Shown in pieces: positions 23,993 through 35,659 of a stretch of 64,000 nt of DNA. Position numbers and translations under genes: made by a program. The notes under the pieces are model-generated. The model was not told the origin of the DNA and made no database searches. It saw only the letters and a program-made list of their open reading frames with translations. Every line of letters begins with the position of its first letter. Within the stretch, counting starts at the first letter, position 1. Source of the stretch: Alloascoidea hylecoeti (taxonomy: Eukaryota); the NCBI GenBank assembly GCA_001600815.1, contig BCKZ01000007.1:792059-856058 (forward strand). Reading direction: 5' to 3'.

Positions 23993-24798
23993 AGTATACA
24001 TCTGAATAATTATTGTGCCTTTGAAAAAATAAAATTCTTTAGAGATTGAAAAAGAAGAAAAACCTAGCATTTTATTAAAAATTTAAACTAATTAATATTT
24101 CAAAACAACAAGTGGAAGAAGTCTATGCTCAATGCCATATAATTTAAATTTTATTACGATATTTCTATAATTAAAAAACTTTGGCATTTTTTTTATAATT
24201 ATGAATGAAATCTGTACATTATTATTATCAAACCTTTATTTATGATCCCCAACATTGTTTTTTCTTTGTTTTGTTTTGCTTTTCTTTATTAACTATTTTT
24301 GTTTATTTAGTTATTTTTATACTTATTTTATTTTTCGGTATATATTTTTCTACAAGTTGCAATTGTGTCTAACATTTCTACTTTTAATTTTGATTTGATG
24401 TTGTCCATAAATAATAACTTATTCTTCTATTATAATTATATAACATTGAATTGTTTTTAGTATGCTCCCCGATTTTTTGTTCATTGTATAGGTCTACACA
24501 ATTGAATTTGGACACAGTTCATTATTATATTACACAATAGTTGCTTGCAATATTATACATGTAAGATGTGGATTTAGAGCTACAAGTTATTTGTAATAAA
24601 GTTTCAAAACTTTCATTTGATAAAAAAAAAAGTTAGTAAAAATATTATAGGTAATTATTCGTAAGGTACGCTTACTGTAGGTATATATAAAGTAATATTT
24701 TATAGAGAATAAAAAAGTGAAGAACCAATTCACAGCGTTAGTATGGTGCTTTAACCAACTAGTAAAAAATGACTACAAAACAAAAGTCCAAAAAATAA

Positions 24799-24879
24799 CG
24801 ACACCAGCAGGACTCGAACCTGCGCGGGAAATCCCAAAAGATTTCTAATCTTTCGCCTTAACCGCTCGGCCATAGTGCC
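24799..24879 (-). tRNA. tRNA-Ser(AGA)
   Basis: GGCACTATGGCCGAGCGGTTAAGGCGAAAGATT-AGA-AATCTTT, long variable arm, GGTTCGAGTCC T-loop, followed by a T-run terminator. Confidence 0.97.
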
Positions 24880-25003
24880 TAGTGATACAGCTTGAAATTC
24901 CCAGTAAAACTATGCAGTACCAACCATTCAGATTTAATTGGAAACCTCCATTCGTCAACTGCATGCATTTAAATGAAAACATTGCAAAAATACTTGTGTA
25001 ACT

Positions 25004-26695
25004 ATGCTTAGAGTTCAAACCCGATTACCATTAAGACAGTTTAGAAACTATTCTCTTTTATCATCTCTAAAATCTTCGAACCTGACTATAGGTAATGGTG
25101 GTGGTGGACTTGAGAAATCTCTCCCTTCAAATCATAAGAAAATTTCAGTTCATCCAACAACTCCTGTGAGAACAAGATTTGCACCATCACCAACGGGGTT
25201 TTTACATCTTGGTTCACTTCGAACTGCTCTTTATAATTATCTTTTAGCTAAAAGTACAGGTGGCCAATTTTTATTGCGTCTTGAAGATACTGATCAAAAA
25301 AGGTTAATCCCAGGAGCCGAGGAGAATATTTATGAATCGTTAAAATGGTGTAATTTAACCTATGATGAAGGACCAATAATAGGCGGTCCATATGGTCCAT
25401 ATCGTCAATCCGATAGGTCTCAAATCTATAGGAAATATGTTGATATTTTATTACAACAAGGAAGTGCATATAAATGTTTTTGTACAAAAGAAAGGTTAGA
25501 TAAACTGCGAGATTCTGCGAAAGCATTAGTACCCCCATCTACCGTTTCATACGATAGATATTGTGAAAATTTATCATCAAAAGAAATTGAAGAGAAGACA
25601 AATTCGCATCTAGACTATACAATTCGTTTTAAAATGCCAACTTCACATGATTCATTTAATGATTTATTACATGGAGAAATATCAATCCAACCACAAATTA
25701 ATTATAATGATCCAAGATATGAAGATCCAATATTAATGAAATCAGATGGTTTACCAACATATCATCTAGCAAATGTCGTTGATGATCATTTAATGAAGAT
25801 CACTCATGTTATAAGGGGAGAGGAATGGTTACCATCTACACCGAAACATATTGAAATTTATAAAGCATTTGGATGGACCCCACCTTTATTTGTTCATATT
25901 CCATTATTAACATCATTAAGTGAAAAAAAATTAAGTAAAAGATCGGGTGATATTGGTGTTCTTAGTATGAGAGATAAAGGGATTTTACCAGAGGCATTAA
26001 ATAATTTTGTTGCATTATTTGGTTGGTCCCCAACAAGAGAAGAGCCAGGAGTTCCAATGTCAGAGATTTTCACACTGAAACAAATGGAAGAATTATTTTC
26101 ATTGGATGAGTTAACAAAAGGTAATGCAAAAGTTGATGATAAGAAATTATATTATTTTAACAAACATCATTTACAAAAATTAATGGAAAATTCAAAAAGC
26201 TTTAAAGAAATTGTAAATAAATGCTATGATCAAGTTAAATCAAATAAGCAATTTGATATAAATTATACTAAAAATGTTTTAAAAAATGCTGGTAATTCAT
26301 TATCATCAATACCTGAATTTGAATCTTATTTTTATTATTTTTATAAGGATTTAAATTATGATAATGAAGAATCATTAAAATTTATTAAAAAAGTTTCAAA
26401 ATTAAAAAGTGAAGGAAATGATTCAAAATTAATAACATCAATACAAATTCTAAGATATTTTGTTAATGAAATAGATTTTCAGCTGAAAAATCACGATGAT
26501 TTTAATAATCAACTTGATTTATATGCTAAAGAGCATAAAAAGATTATCAAAACAAAAGATATTTATGAACCTATAAGATTTGCTTTAACTGAATCTTCCC
26601 CAGGTGCTAAACTTCATGTTGTTGCTGAAATTTTAGGTATTGAAAGAGTCAAAGAAAGATTGAAAAATGCATTAGGGATATTAGAAAAATTGTGA
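25004..26695 (+). CDS. MSE1: Mitochondrial glutamyl-tRNA synthetase
   Basis: Basic presequence, RTRFAPSPTGFLHLG, THVIRGEEWL and KLSKR motifs. Confidence 0.96.
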   Translation: MLRVQTRLPLRQFRNYSLLSSLKSSNLTIGNGGGGLEKSLPSNHKKISVHPTTPVRTRFAPSPTGFLHLGSLRTALYNYLLAKSTGGQFLLRLEDTDQKRLIPGAEENIYESLKWCNLTYDEGPIIGGPYGPYRQSDRSQIYRKYVDILLQQGSAYKCFCTKERLDKLRDSAKALVPPSTVSYDRYCENLSSKEIEEKTNSHLDYTIRFKMPTSHDSFNDLLHGEISIQPQINYNDPRYEDPILMKSDGLPTYHLANVVDDHLMKITHVIRGEEWLPSTPKHIEIYKAFGWTPPLFVHIPLLTSLSEKKLSKRSGDIGVLSMRDKGILPEALNNFVALFGWSPTREEPGVPMSEIFTLKQMEELFSLDELTKGNAKVDDKKLYYFNKHHLQKLMENSKSFKEIVNKCYDQVKSNKQFDINYTKNVLKNAGNSLSSIPEFESYFYYFYKDLNYDNEESLKFIKKVSKLKSEGNDSKLITSIQILRYFVNEIDFQLKNHDDFNNQLDLYAKEHKKIIKTKDIYEPIRFALTESSPGAKLHVVAEILGIERVKERLKNALGILEKL

Positions 26696-27269
26696 ATATA
26701 GAATAGGTGTAAATAGATTTTAATTATAACAATTTTAAAGAAATAATATTTTATCATAACCTTATACGTAACTATAAGTTCAATACATCACATTCTACAA
26801 CAATATTCAAAAAATAAAACTTCTAATTAACTCACACAAAATCAGAATAATCGTGAAACTAGCCTCATATTTAGATTCTTGTTGATCTTAATATGTGGAA
26901 TTTGTTCGCATAACGTACGCAATTGGCAGTGATTGGTAACATAGAAACCCTTACTTAAGCTTGTATATGCTAATTTTCGATGCAAATCGATACTATATAA
27001 TGAATAGTGTAATCACAATGGACCAAACTTGGAGTATCGCTTATGGTAAAGATACTTCTCAACCAATGAAATCAGATATCGTATAATAATGACCAGCTTA
27101 CGTACCGGTCGGATCCTGTATATATTAATTTGATAGCTAATTATATCGTCTACTCAAGCTGTTTTGTTTGATATGTGTTTCATTAACTTATAAATAGTTA
27201 TTTATTATCTCCTATTTTCTTTTTCAAAATACAAATATCAACATTGCATTAATATTTGTATTTTGATCA

Positions 27270-29156
27270 ATGCTTTACACACGAATGATAGCAGATATGC
27301 TTAGCTGTAATATAAATATAAAATTCAAATTTAAATCAAATTTTAAAAACAAATTACTTAATAAACGAATATCACTTTTTTTATTTTCCTTTTTTATGAC
27401 TTCTTTCGTTCTTATTATATGTTATAATATTAATGGTGTTTATTCTGATGTTTATTCTGATGTTACTGTTATTGGATCCGGAGCTGAAGGATTGTTAACG
27501 AAAACACAAATGAAGTTGAAAAGTTCCATATCTATCGGTAATAATTATTATAATATTCCTTATACCAATCGATCCTCATCATATTCCATTGGAAAAATGA
27601 AAAATGAAATGGTGAATGATAAAAAATATCAATTACAAACTGAAAAGATTAAAGAGTTAAATAATCCCTCAATACAAGCGTATACAGATTATCAATCAAT
27701 CTCAAAAGAATCAATTTTGAACTTAACTAAATCATATGCGACATATTTTAAAGATCCAATATATGATTATATTCTTCCTGATATCCTCAAAGATATTAAA
27801 AATAATTTACCAATGACTTTTGAACAGGAAACCCAATTAACCCTTTTTTTGAAAAATCAAATAGCTGATATGAAAAAAGAGGCTGAAAGAGCAAAGGAAC
27901 TTGGTAATGATTATGAGACATCACAGAAGTATAGACTTCAAAGAATTAATAGAAGGGTTACATTAAGAGATTTCTTAAGAAACTTGGTACCTGTTCAATT
28001 CACTGATGAAGATTTAGACCCCAAAACTGGAAAAATAGAACCATCTGGTTCCAAAATTGCAATTCTATCATCAACTGATGGTAAAGGTAGTAAACAACCA
28101 AATATGTTTGAACAAGTTTACCAAAATAGACAAGAATATTGTGATTATCATGGTTACATTAATGCATGGTATAATTTAACTTATGTTGACTATCCAAGTG
28201 ATAGAGCAAAAGCATGGAGTAAAATAAAAGCATTGAGGAGAGTNTTTGATGATTTTCCCGATGTTGAATGGGTNTATNTCNTAGATATTGATNTTATTAT
28301 AATGGATTATGAGGTTGATCTTGCTAAGCATGTATTGCATCCGAAAGCTTTAAAAAATAGATTATCATATTTCAAACCATTTGTAAGAGATAGATTAGGT
28401 TTTACAGATCAAATATATGGTGTACCTGAAGATCGGGATAATGAGTTGTATAGCGTGGAAAGTTTAATGGAGTCAGTTGGATTAAATCCAAAGAATTTCN
28501 CTCCAATTCCTNAAATAACAGATGAAGATATTTATAATATGGATATCATATTTGGTCAAGATGATTACGAAATTAATACAGGTGAGACCTTTTTTCGAAG
28601 ATCCGATTTTACGCAACATGTTTTTCAGTATTGGGATACTCAATCACCATTTCAAAAAAATTTAAGATTAAAAGAACAGAGTACAATTGCTGAGATAATT
28701 ATTAATTCACCAGAAATTAGAAAGAAAGTTGGACTTGTGTCAATGAAAACGACAGGTCCCTTGATGAATCGAGATCATATTGATCTTGAATCTCATTATA
28801 CGGAAGGTGATTTTACTATTCATTTTGCAGGATTTCCCAAAGAGTATGGCCCTGGTCAATGGAATAGATTCTGGACTCATAGAAAAAGAGTACCAAAAGA
28901 ATTCAGAAGAAATGACATACCCGAATTTAGAGCACCTCAAGGATGGCTTGAACCAGCATTCCATGAAGAAATGAGACAAGAAGAAATTGTAACTCCAGAA
29001 CAAATTAGGCCATTAGAAAAATCGGAGAATAATTTTCATAGAATTAATCTTTATGAATTAAATGAATGGACCAATAGAAAAATAAAGTATGGTGGTAGTA
29101 AAGAAAAGGAAATTGAAAGTAAATATGGATATCTAAGAAATATAATTGATCGTTAG
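27270..29156 (+). CDS. GT34 (Mnn10/Gma12-like) Golgi glycosyltransferase, copy A
   Basis: Type II TM anchor, NRQEYCDYHGY, WSKIKALR, DxD (DID), INxG.FFRRS, EQ and GDFTIHFAG motifs. Confidence 0.88.
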   Translation: MLYTRMIADMLSCNINIKFKFKSNFKNKLLNKRISLFLFSFFMTSFVLIICYNINGVYSDVYSDVTVIGSGAEGLLTKTQMKLKSSISIGNNYYNIPYTNRSSSYSIGKMKNEMVNDKKYQLQTEKIKELNNPSIQAYTDYQSISKESILNLTKSYATYFKDPIYDYILPDILKDIKNNLPMTFEQETQLTLFLKNQIADMKKEAERAKELGNDYETSQKYRLQRINRRVTLRDFLRNLVPVQFTDEDLDPKTGKIEPSGSKIAILSSTDGKGSKQPNMFEQVYQNRQEYCDYHGYINAWYNLTYVDYPSDRAKAWSKIKALRRXFDDFPDVEWXYXXDIDXIIMDYEVDLAKHVLHPKALKNRLSYFKPFVRDRLGFTDQIYGVPEDRDNELYSVESLMESVGLNPKNFXPIPXITDEDIYNMDIIFGQDDYEINTGETFFRRSDFTQHVFQYWDTQSPFQKNLRLKEQSTIAEIIINSPEIRKKVGLVSMKTTGPLMNRDHIDLESHYTEGDFTIHFAGFPKEYGPGQWNRFWTHRKRVPKEFRRNDIPEFRAPQGWLEPAFHEEMRQEEIVTPEQIRPLEKSENNFHRINLYELNEWTNRKIKYGGSKEKEIESKYGYLRNIIDR

Positions 29157-32100
29157 AATAAAAGTATTTGAATTATCATTAACTAATATTATATAGTTTT
29201 ATTATTATAAAAATTGCTATCTGAAAAAGAATTTTTATTTTCATGAAAATATTGAAGACTTTGACCATACAGTCAATCCACTTAATTTCATCCACTGGGA
29301 GGACCAAATATTAGGCCTTGTGGGAGATAATATTTCAGCCATGAAGTACACCCGATATGCACCCATAAGGATAATATTCGGTTAAAAAACAATCGGGTAT
29401 TAAAATTTGTGGATACGTATTACGTAGTGATATTCTTTAAAAATATAAGGAGATTCCTACAATATATAAGGATATATGGCTATTGTTAAAAATTTTAGAA
29501 ACGAAATGATTTGCGAGCATTTTCCAGATTTCAAAAATTAGATTTTCTACGCGTCTTTATATTGATGGATGTAAGTTAAAAATTCTTGATTCAGGATAAA
29601 GGATCATTTGCTTATTGTAACGAAAAATCTACTGATATTTTAGTCTGAGACTGGTGACATTGGTATAGTTCTCTTGCGGTCTGTAAAATGTAATATGAAT
29701 TGTTCTTAGACACATTTGAGGATTTTTTATCTTGAACGGTAGAAATAAATAAACAATATTCTTCAATGAATTTTTTAGATCAATGGTTATAAATCATAAA
29801 GTATTGAGGTATTCCAGGCCCATTTGCATCTTCAACCAGCTTGCCATCATCAACTCGTACCTTTCCTTTTCCAACATAGAATTCCTCGTAAAACTTAAAT
29901 CCGTAATGCTCATAAACAGATTTAGAATAAGGACTACTTGCTTCGAGTACAACTGGTACTCCTTCTTTCTTTGCTCTTATCAAATATGGCTTAATGAGTC
30001 GTGAAATAGCACCTATAATATGCACATAATCGTTAGTTAAAATTCACATTAACATTAATAATCATAAATAATACTAACCTTTTGTTTTATCACCGGGGTT
30101 TCGGGCTAATAGATTCAATACCCAAAAATCACGCCCTGCTAAATATTTATTTTTCAATGGTCTGCTCAACTTCCCATATTCACTATCAAAATTTTCGGCA
30201 TCTTTCCCAGGTGGAGCCCAAGAAGCAGCAGTTGCTATATTTCCACTACCATCATCACTTAAAATAGCTTCAAAAACATGACCACGTTCCATAGTACTTT
30301 TTAATTTATTAGTAAAACTTTGATTTAATTTATTGTTATCAATTGGATCAGAGAATGGTATTTTTGTATGAACTCTAACAAAATATTCAAAAACAACCAA
30401 AGTTCCAAAAGCATCGCTCATAACTTTTTCTACTTCTGTTATTAATTCATCTGATGAATCTTTAGTTATTGAAATTATTTTAAGATCCGACATTCTTAAG
30501 CTTCCTTTGAAATTTATTACGACTTTTACTATCAAGTATAAAATTTAAAGTTGTCACCAAAAAATCGAATCACGAATTGGCAAGTTATATAAAGAAATAA
30601 AATTATGAGTAATATTGTATGCATAAAAAATTCGACCACCCTGATAATTGGTCATTGGGTTTTCCGTCCGCGCTTATATTCAAAAAAGTGTTGATTTTGT
30701 GTTGTATTAAAGAATCCAATAAAATCGAAGGGGGTGAAATGGAATAATTCGTGATATAAAATCTTGAAGAACAACAGAAAGAAAGCAAAGAAAAGTATTT
30801 ATAAAAGAGGACTTACCAGGTGTACGGATCTCGATAAGGTTACTCGGAAGTTAATGAAAATATTTGTTATCTATTTAAATTCCCTATTTCTCGCTTGCTT
30901 GAATGTTATAACTAGATAGGTAGCAAAAAGTAGAAAATCACCTCTGTATAGGTATATTGGAAACCCAAACATACTTTTAGAACCCTAAGATTCTTCAATT
31001 GCAACGTTAACAGATCTCTGCATACATCATTTTCAACAGAAGTGCGAGGCTCAATACAAAATAAGTTAATATTATCTATAGGTAAGATATTTCAATAACA
31101 TTAAAATCACACATTAGGCCAAAAACTAAGGTGGTTGCTGAAAAGTTGTATTTAATATGACCGAACATTAGTGTATCAACTAACTGAATATATGGCTTAA
31201 GATAATGCGGAATATTTAGTCTTTCAGTGCGGCCGAACATTAATGTTTCATGTGGGCGGTTATTTAGTGCATCAACCGGTATTATTTATGGCCCCGAATA
31301 TAAATTCTCGGAAAAGGACAAAGTTGGCTCAAATGACTGAAGTGGTTTCATAGCAAATATACATGTAAATATAAGTAATCCAACAGTACTACTGTAGTTA
31401 AAATGTGGATGAATTTGGTTATATTCTTGGAAATATCGGGAAGTCCAGGAAGTCTTAATAATTTAAATTTTCTATTCTATCGATTAATTAAATTTCAGAT
31501 ATCCATATTTACTTTCAATTTCCTTTTCTTTACTACCACCATACTTTATTTTTCTATTGGTCCATTCATTTAATTCATAAAGATTAATTCTATGAAAATT
31601 ATTCTCCGATTTTTCTAATGGCCTAATTTGTTCTGGAGTTACAATTTCTTCTTGTCTCATTTCTTCATGGAATGCTGGTTCAAGCCATCCTTGAGGTGCT
31701 CTAAATTCGGGTATGTCATTTCTTCTGAATTCTTTTGGTACTCTTTTTCTATGAGTCCAGAATCTATTCCATTGACCAGGGCCATACTCTTTGGGAAATC
31801 CTGCAAAATGAATAGTAAAATCACCTTCCGTATAATGAGATTCAAGATCAATATGATCTCGATTCATCAAGGGACCTGTCGTTTTCATTGACACAAGTCC
31901 AACTTTCTTTCTAATTTCTGGTGAATTAATAATTATCTCAGCAATTGTACTCTGTTCTTTTAATCTTAAATTTTTTTGAAATGGTGATTGAGTATCCCAA
32001 TACTGAAAAACATGTTGCGTAAAATCGGATCTTCGAAAAAAGGTCTCACCTGCATTAATTTCGTAATCATCTTGACCAAATATGATATCCATATTATAAA

Positions 32101-33094
32101 TATCTTCATCTGTTATTTNAGGAATTGGAGNGAAATTCTTTGGATTTAATCCAACTGACTCCATTAAACTTTCCACGCTATACAACTCATTATCCCGATC
32201 TTCAGGTACACCATATATTTGATCTGTAAAACCTAATCTATCTCTTACAAATGGTTTGAAATATGATAATCTATTTTTTAAAGCTTTCGGATGCAATACA
32301 TGCTTAGCAAGATCAACCTCATAATCCATTATAATAANATCAATATCTANGANATANACCCATTCAACATCGGGAAAATCATCAAANACTCTCCTCAATG
32401 CTTTTATTTTACTCCATGCTTTTGCTCTATCACTTGGATAGTCAACATAAGTTAAATTATACCATGCATTAATGTAACCATGATAATCACAATATTCTTG
32501 TCTATTTTGGTAAACTTGTTCAAACATATTTGGTTGTTTACTACCTTTACCATCAGTTGATGATAGAATTGCAATTTTGGAACCAGATGGTTCTATTTTT
32601 CCAGTTTTGGGGTCTAAATCTTCATCAGTGAATTGAACAGGTACCAAGTTTCTTAAGAAATCTCTTAATGTAACCCTTCTATTAATTCTTTGAAGTCTAT
32701 ACTTCTGTGATGTCTCATAATCATTACCAAGTTCCTTTGCCCTTTCAGCCTCTTTTTTCATATCAGCTATTTGATTTTTCAAAAAAAGGGTTAATTGGGT
32801 TTCCTGTTCAAAAGTCATTGGTAAATTATTTTTAATATCTTTGAGGATATCAGGAAGAATATAATCATATATTGGATCTTTAAAATATGTCGCATATGAT
32901 TTAGTTAAGTTCAAAATTGATTCTTTTGAGATTGATTGATAATCTGTATACGCTTGTATTGAGGGATTATTTAACTCTTTAATCTTTTCAGTTTGTAATT
33001 GATATTTTTTATCATTCACCATTTCATTTTTCATTTTTCCAATGGAATATGATGAGGATCGATTGGTATAAGGAATATTATAATAATTATTACC
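27537..33094. repeat. 1598-bp near-perfect inverted repeat; arms 27537..29134 and 31497..33094
   Basis: Arms are reverse complements with only two visible substitutions and seven N bases at mirror positions. Confidence 0.95.
29780..30493 (-). CDS. GNAT-family acetyltransferase (215 aa); exon1 30493..30079, intron 30078..30013, exon2 30012..29780
   Basis: FWVLNLLARNPGDKTKG|AISRLIKP...LEASSPYSKSVYEHYGF; GTTAGT...ACTAAC...TAG intron joins two track ORFs in frame. Confidence 0.85.
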
Positions 33095-33334
33095 AATAGA
33101 ATTTTGCGACTTCCCATGTGTTCTAATAACAGTGATATCAAAATCAACATAATTAATATTATAGCATACCATACTGAGGAAGAAACAAACCATAAAAAAG
33201 GAAAATAAAAATAATGATATTTGCTTATTAAGTAAATTGATTTTGAAATTTGATTTAAAAAAGTGTTTAATTTTGAATTTTATATTTATATGATCATGAT
33301 TATAACTAAGCAGATCTGCTATTGGTAATATCAT
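31484..33334 (-). CDS. GT34 glycosyltransferase, copy B
   Basis: Same catalytic region as copy A, with diverged N-terminal ~80 aa and last few codons. Confidence 0.88.
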   Translation of the reverse strand: MILPIADLLSYNHDHINIKFKIKHFFKSNFKINLLNKQISLFLFSFFMVCFFLSMVCYNINYVDFDITVIRTHGKSQNSIGNNYYNIPYTNRSSSYSIGKMKNEMVNDKKYQLQTEKIKELNNPSIQAYTDYQSISKESILNLTKSYATYFKDPIYDYILPDILKDIKNNLPMTFEQETQLTLFLKNQIADMKKEAERAKELGNDYETSQKYRLQRINRRVTLRDFLRNLVPVQFTDEDLDPKTGKIEPSGSKIAILSSTDGKGSKQPNMFEQVYQNRQEYCDYHGYINAWYNLTYVDYPSDRAKAWSKIKALRRXFDDFPDVEWXYXXDIDXIIMDYEVDLAKHVLHPKALKNRLSYFKPFVRDRLGFTDQIYGVPEDRDNELYSVESLMESVGLNPKNFXPIPXITDEDIYNMDIIFGQDDYEINAGETFFRRSDFTQHVFQYWDTQSPFQKNLRLKEQSTIAEIIINSPEIRKKVGLVSMKTTGPLMNRDHIDLESHYTEGDFTIHFAGFPKEYGPGQWNRFWTHRKRVPKEFRRNDIPEFRAPQGWLEPAFHEEMRQEEIVTPEQIRPLEKSENNFHRINLYELNEWTNRKIKYGGSKEKEIESKYGYLKFN

Positions 33335-33959
33335 TATCTATATTTGTATTTAATTATATGGGTTAATTAAACGTTGACTTTTAGTATTGCAATGTTGGTA
33401 TTTGTATTTTGAAAAGAAAAATAAGAGATAATAAATGATTATTTATATTGTAATACACTTCAAAAAGATAGCTTGAGTAATTAGATATAAATAGATATCA
33501 AATTAACTGGTGGTTAAGATAAAAATAAATATCGGAGTACTAGGCATTTATTTCTCTATACTAACACTACTATTTTAATTCTTTAACAAAGGACCGATAA
33601 TAGTACGAATGAGCGATCATCAATATACGATTCCTGGAGTTAATTAATTGGCTGAGGTATGCAGGGTGTATGTATAAGGGATACTTTGAGTTAGTCCCTG
33701 CTTTCTCGCTATTACCATACTTACTCATTGATTCATACTAATTTCATAGTAATTTAGTACCAACTTAGTAAAGCAATTCACCATGTCCAAGGAAGAGATT
33801 TAATTTGAAATGTTTGCCTACGTGATGAATTGAGTTTGTTATTCTATTTGAATTGAATTTGTATTTTATTTGTGTGCATGAGTTGAGGTGAGTTTGTGTT
33901 TGAATTGGGTTTTGATTTACATTAATATTACCTTTGACTTGCTAGATGTCTGAGAAGAG

Positions 33960-34995
33960 TCCACTTTAATGAGAAGTGTACTATCTGATTAGACTATATA
34001 ATTAATTTATTAATTTATAGAAATAATTGTAACGGTTTCATTTTTTGTATGAGTTCAGCCATGTTATGCACTAAATAATCCGCCACTTGATACATTAATG
34101 TTCGGCTACCTATATGTCTACCTTCAAATTAATAATGTATGATGATTGAAAATCTAAAACACAGACTAATAAACTAGGACTTTTATGTAGGGAAAATAGG
34201 TCTATATATTGTTCTGAGAGGTCCTGAACTACTCATAGCTAAAGCATTCGAATAGAAGTATGGGTGGTGTTCAAATGTCGATAAGACTATATTTATATCC
34301 TTATATATTTGATTTTCACGAAATAATTCCATCTATAAATTTACTAAAAATGTTTGTTATATTTTTTCTATTTTATTCTTTTTTTTATCTCCTGTTTATA
34401 TATTATAACTTATTTTCCTTAAATGGCGAAAAGTAGAAAATCTTTTATATATAACAGGAAACCCAAATACCTTTGAAGTCTAATATAATATTATAGATCT
34501 AGATTTTCAATAGAAGTACAAGTTAATAAAAAATATTGGTGTTAGTGGAGTGACGAGTTTATTAAATAAATTATATATGTCTTTGTTATTATATGAGTTT
34601 TAAATACATTGATTACACCATTGATTTACATAGTTATATATGATATGGATTTCTTACGTATAAAAAGAGGAAGAGAACAGAAAAATATAATCTAATATGA
34701 CGTTGAGTGAAGACTCGAATAAATTTACTACAGCAGCTCTAATAAAAAATAACAAATGTTATTTAAAGAGGAATGATGCTACCGAAATCACGCATGATAA
34801 TTTGTACCCAGTATGACTGAACATTAGTACATCATGCGGCCGATAATATTCTAAGAATGGGTGAATATATTGTAGATAATTTGGGCTGATACTTAGTGCT
34901 TAATACGGACAATAATTAATCACTAGACCGAATATTAGTGTGTACATTTAACGACCCGCATATTTAATCCTCCAAGCGACCGAAATTAAGTGATA
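33960..34995. mobile_element. Degenerate MITE-like element with repeated CCGAA(C/T)ATTA(G/A)TG sub-terminal motifs
   Basis: Motif on the minus strand at ~34055-34108 and on the plus strand at ~34815-34995; internal 34425-34520 resembles 30920-31045. Boundaries are approximate. Confidence 0.5.
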
Positions 34996-35659
34996 CGAGT
35001 CTTCCGAAACGACTTTGCCACTCCAACAAGCATGCATCAACTTGATTATCATCAAATAAGAATCCTTAGTACAGCAAGATCAATATATAATTAAAGCATC
35101 ATCTGTGGCTAACCGGAATTTGTGTATAAAACCGTTGATGGCTCTGCAACCAAAATATCAAACCATCAATTGCAATTTAAGATGACTACACTTGAGCGTA
35201 TATTCATATGTATAGCTAGCTATTGCTATTTTGGAATCAGTCTCAAAGATGGGTATGTGGTCGTACTTAGATAAGCTATTATTAATATTAGTGGTGTACT
35301 TAAAATGTCAACAGTTGGAACTGATAAACTCTTCTTCTGGATCCGTGGTCCATGCCAATTCAACTAAAGAATCATAGTCAGTACAAGTTTCGGAATATAG
35401 ATACCGCTGGTGCTAGTGGTGTTGTCATAAGTATTTTATCAGCAAAAAAACATGTCGTTTAAAACTCGATATGGGAGGTTCAAATTCAGCAAGTACGCAG
35501 AGGATTTCCTATCTCTATCGGTTTAACATTTATTTTTGTAATCTGTTTAAATTTATACATAACCAAAAATTGGAAAGTCAAAAATTAATTTTCTATTCTA
35601 AAGTAATATTTAATAATCTAACAACACATAAAAAAACCTTAAGATATTATTTGTCATAA

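Noticed and set aside
27537..33094. Inverted repeat as a centromere or mating-type flip-flop
   Set aside because: Arms are protein-coding GT34 sequence and the spacer carries a GNAT gene, with no MAT genes.
35120..35430. Coding-looking stretch downstream of SSE1
   Set aside because: Frames contain stops and no family could be recognised.
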